A model generated the notes under the pieces. It searched no databases and was not told the origin of the DNA. It saw nothing but the letters and a program-made list of their open reading frames with translations. Below are positions 60,290 through 64,000 of a DNA stretch of 64,000 nucleotides, piece by piece (the stretch's first letter is position 1; the number at the start of each line of letters is the position of its first letter). Source of the DNA: Mytilus californianus (lineage: Eukaryota); the NCBI RefSeq assembly GCF_021869535.1, contig NW_026262593.1:23498001-23562000 (forward strand). Direction: 5' to 3'. The position numbers and the translations under genes were made by a program.

Positions 60290-60750
60290 TTCAGGTGTCA
60301 CAGGTCAAATTTATTCGTTCATTGTGTGTTAATTTACGTTTTTTTATTGAGTTAAGCCTTCCAATTGATATTTTACAGTGTGTTTTTCTATGTTGTGATG
60401 TTATGCTATTGATTCAGAAAAGGGAGAAGGTTTGGTACCATTAAAACGTTTAATCCCGCTGCAAATGTTTGCACCTGTCCTAAGTCAAGAATCTGATTAC
60501 AGTAGTTGTCGTCTGTTTATGTAGTTCATACGTGTTTCTCGTTTTTATATAGATTAGACCGTTAGTTTTTCCGTTTAAATGATTTTACACTAGTAATTTT
60601 TTGGGGCCCTTTATAGCTTGCTGTTCGGTGTGAGCCATTGCTCCGTGTTGAAGGCCGTACCTTCACCTATAATGGTTTACTTTTATAAATTGTAACTTGG
60701 ATGGAGAGTTGTCTCATTGGCACTCATACCACATCTTCCTATATCTATTA
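60290..60750 (+). mobile_element. R1 3' end copy with twister-like motif at 60414-60496 (one P4 mismatch)
   Basis: GGA-GA-AGG..UAA-UCC-CGC..CCUG-UCCUAAGU-CAAG-A. Confidence 0.8.
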
Positions 60751-61329
60751 TCAGAGACTAAAATCAACTAAGACACATCACAGGGATTTAGTGTTTTACA
60801 TGGACAGTCAAAGAAGAAATAACTTGTGCAATGCCAAAATAAAAGTATCGACAGGCAGTAGGATAGTTAGGATTTAACCTTTTAATTAATATGTATAATG
60901 ATATACCGGTATATAGATAAAGTAATCTCTATATAGAAAATGAACGTGGATGTGTATTAATACACCCCAAAAAAACATTTTAAAAGAATACAAATTTAGT
61001 CATGTTTTAATTTGTTGATGACAAAATCGATATTTGTGCCAATGTAAACAATATTCTAAGAACTAATTTCAACATTGATAAGATAACCTTTACTAATAAG
61101 TTTGTTTAAAAGTTCGACGAGTTTACACGGATCACATTGTGATTTCCGCGCTTTTAATACAATATTACCGTACAATTTGGGATGTGAAATACCGTTTTTA
61201 ATAATTTAATAAGGTACAGACACATTAACTAATCAAATCTTTGTATCAATGAAAGAATTTAGTAAAAGTTTTAGGTAATTTATGGTAACGAAATCCCTGA
61301 CTTAATAATTTACCAGTAAAGCCAAAGGA

Positions 61330-61640
61330 ACATCGCCGTCTATAAAAGGTAAATTAACAATAGGGAATGAAAAATCGTCTCTTTTGTCGTAAATTTTAGT
61401 ATAGAGTTTCCCTTTAGAAATTGAAATGTCTAAATCTAGAAAAGGACAACTACTGCTGTTTATGTTAGATTTATTTAAAGGAAGTTCCTTTTGGTAAATT
61501 TCGGTAGTATATTTAAAGAACTCTTGATTATTTAACGAAAAAATATTATCAAGATAACGGTAGGTATTGTTGAATGTATCAACCAAATGTAACAATGACG
61601 TGTCTTTACTGAGTTTGATCATAAACTGAAATCCAATTAA
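61330..61640 (-). pseudogene. Penelope-like RT remnant
   Basis: FNNTYRYLDNIFSLNN..IYQKELPLNK..CPFLDLDISISKGKLYTKIYDKRDDFSFPIVNLPFIDGDVP. Confidence 0.88.
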
Positions 61641-62102
61641 AAGATAAACAGTTGTTATAAATCATGTCAGTACCAACGTCCTAAATACTGAGTTGATAAT
61701 ATCCTCATAAATTAACAGTCCATTAGCAGTAAATGACCGCATCCGTCCACATAAAAACCATGATAAGTACATGAAGTAATTAATAAGTACAGAAAACCAA
61801 GAGTAGTGATGCAAGCTAGCATTTAACTACAGGTATTATATATTGTGTTTCAACTTTTAAACTGAATTTTGAGGGATAAACATTTGTTTGTAACGAATAA
61901 CTAATTCGTGAAATACTGAAACATGAACTTTATTTGTAATTAAGTCTTAACATGGGTAAATCAGTTTTAAGTCTAAATCTAAAAATCATATAATCACAAG
62001 ATTACTATGTACAAATCACTTTTAAAATCGCTATACATTCATCGAATGACAGGATATTTATTATTTTTATGTATCTGTGGAACTATTTGTTGAAATATAC
62101 AT

Positions 62103-62370
62103 AGTCCTGATGTTCAGTGGTTGTTGTTTGTTGATGTGGTTCATAAGTGTTTCTCGTTTCTCGTTTTTTATATAGATTAGACCACTGGTTTTCCTATTTG
62201 AATGGTTTTACACTCGTCATTTTTGGAGCCCTTTATAGCTTGTTGTTTGGTGTGAACCAAGGCTCCGTGTTGAAGGCCGTACTTTGACCTACAATGGTTT
62301 CCTTTTACAAATCATGACTTGGATGGAGAGTTGTCTAATTGGCACTCATAACACATCTTCTTATATCTAT
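62103..62370 (+). mobile_element. Truncated R1 3' end (no twister core)
   Basis: Aligns with 6525-6790. Confidence 0.8.
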
Positions 62371-62439
62371 ATATTCCTAAGTAACTATATACAAACTTAT
62401 TAATAAAGGTTATTTTATTAATGTTGTAATAAGGTCTTT

Positions 62440-63625
62440 TAATATTGTTTACAATGGCACTAACATCGATTTTGTCTTCAACAAATTAAAACATAACTAA
62501 ATTTGTATTATTTTCGAATGGTTTTTGGAGATGATTAATACACGTCCACGTTTATTTTCTACTTAGAGATTGCTTTATCTATATATAACATGATACATAT
62601 TTATTTTAAGGTTAAATCCTAACTATCCTACTGCCTGTCGATACTTTTATTTTGGCATTGCACAAGTTATGTCTTCCTTGACTGTCCATGGAGTTAAAAC
62701 ACTTAATCCCTTGGATGTGTTTAAATTGATTTAAGCCTCTGATGCATGATTTTTTATTATCAATTGGTTTTGGTTTTAACTAGCTTTCTATAAACTGTGA
62801 GTACTCTCAAATCGTACTTTCGTGTTAATTTGACCTGTTGACACAATTTGTAATGCATTTTTGTTATTCAATGTTTACTTATTTTGTGTTAAATCTCGTC
62901 TTGCTATTTTTAATATGTACCACCCTTGTATTTAGTATGACGAAAAATTTTCACTTCTGTACTTGTACTGTGAACAACAAATTTATTTATTTTGTAAAAA
63001 CTATTTCCGTACTCCTAACAATAAAATTATGATACTTAAATTTACCTGTGTACGTTTTTTTATTTAACGTCATTTTGTCCCAGTTAATAGTTGTCTTTCT
63101 GACATTATTTTACATATTTTTTATTAATATTGTATCTATATTGTGTCATAGATCAAATTTATTCGTTCAGTGTATGTTTACTTGTTTTTGTTTATATGTC
63201 TTTTTGATCGAGTTAAGCCATTTCAATTGATATTTTATAGTGTGTCTTTTTATGTTGTAATGTTACACTACTGTTTCAGGTTAGGGTGAAGGTTTGGCGC
63301 CTGTTAAAACGTTAAAACCCGCTGCATTTGTAAGCACCTGTTCTAAGTCAGGAGCCTGTTGTTCGGTGGTTGTCATTTGTTAATGTGGTGCATAAGTGTT
63401 TGTCTTTTCTCTTTTCTCGTTTATTATATAGATTAGACCGTTGGTTTTCCTGTTTAAATTGTTTTACACTAGTCATTTTGGGGCCCTTTATAGCTTGCTG
63501 TTCGGTGTGAGCCAAGGCTCCGTGTTGAAAGCCGTACTTTGACCTATAATTGTTTACTTTTTACACATTGTGACTTGGATGGAGAGTTGTCTCATTGGCA
63601 CTCATACCACATCATCTAATTTCTA
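62440..63625 (+). mobile_element. R1 3' UTR (right arm of inverted pair 2)
   Basis: Inverted copy of the left arm; colinear with 5410-6790. Confidence 0.8.
63277..63358 (+). ncRNA. Type-P5 twister-like motif (R1; near intact)
   Basis: CAGGU..GGU-GA-AGG..AAA-ACC-CGC..CCUG-UUCUAAGU-CAGG-A-GCCUG. Confidence 0.72.
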
Positions 63626-63629
63626 TATA

Positions 63630-63830
63630 TACTCATCTTAGATACCAAGATTAAAATGTTGTACACCTGACGCGCGTTTCATCTTCACAAGACCCATCAG
63701 TGACGCTCGAATCAAAAGTTGAAATGGCCGAAATAAAGTACGAAGCTGAAGAGCATTGAATACTCCGAAAGGTTTAGCCAAATTAAGCTAAGGTAATTTA
63801 TTCCTGCGACATATAAATTATGACACAGGG
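63630..63830 (-). mobile_element. Hammerhead retrozyme copy (hammerhead about 63645-63715, A9G core change)
   Basis: RC ttcgagcgtca-CUGAUGG-gucu ugug aagau-GAAA-cgcgcgucaggu-GUA-c. Confidence 0.78.
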
Positions 63831-64000
63831 AAACTATCTCTCGTGATAGCTTACAGTTTTAATTGTCAAAAAAGGTCCCTTTTTAAAATTAAATTAGTTC
63901 CATGAGATCCAGGTTTTAAATTTCATTCATCTATCATATACTTTATAATAAGAGTTTGATATTCTTTTAGACTTGTAAGGTGCGGCCTGATATTCAATTT

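Larger units (their letters stand above)
58605..61085 (-). mobile_element. R1 3' UTR (left arm of inverted pair 2), interrupted at 59445-60750
   Basis: Colinear with 3144-4545; homology breaks after aaagcatgcat and resumes at tcagagactaaaatc (about 60752). Degenerate twister at 58857-58938. Confidence 0.8.

Noticed and set aside
550-63230. Most 60-130 aa ORFs in the supplied track
   Set aside because: Low-complexity F/L/I/Y/C-rich translations of AT-rich repeats, many starting at non-ATG codons, with no recognisable domains.

Overview
AT-rich, repeat-dense animal DNA, most likely a bivalve of the genus Mytilus (inferred from recognisable repeat families; not verified). Host genes: three intronless, atypical Cys-loop (nAChR-like) receptor genes (12597-13811, and tandem duplicates 46720-47895 and 51912-53087); a 5-exon minus-strand IgGFc-binding-protein-like gene assembled by hand (28932->16135: signal peptide, FCGBP N-terminal domain, DxDNDCDG repeats, probable GPI tail); and a beta-propeller-like ORF (41038-41862). 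The rest is transposon-derived: Penelope-like (probably Naiad-clade) RT and GIY-YIG remnants with their 3' UTRs, hammerhead retrozymes, a tRNA-derived SINE, Helentron-type HINEs, MITEs and satellites. Main finding: the abundant 3'-UTR repeats carry a motif matching a circularly permuted type-P5 twister ribozyme. About 16 copies occur in 5 subfamilies, with compensatory changes in P2, P3, P5 and both pseudoknots, and with P1 replaced by two palindromes. Two of these subfamilies also have a SECIS-like hairpin upstream. As I recall, Naiad elements were described as lacking hammerheads, so a twister may be their processing ribozyme. All folding, alignment and counting was done by eye; cleavage activity and novelty are untested. 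Almost all short ORFs in the supplied track look spurious.
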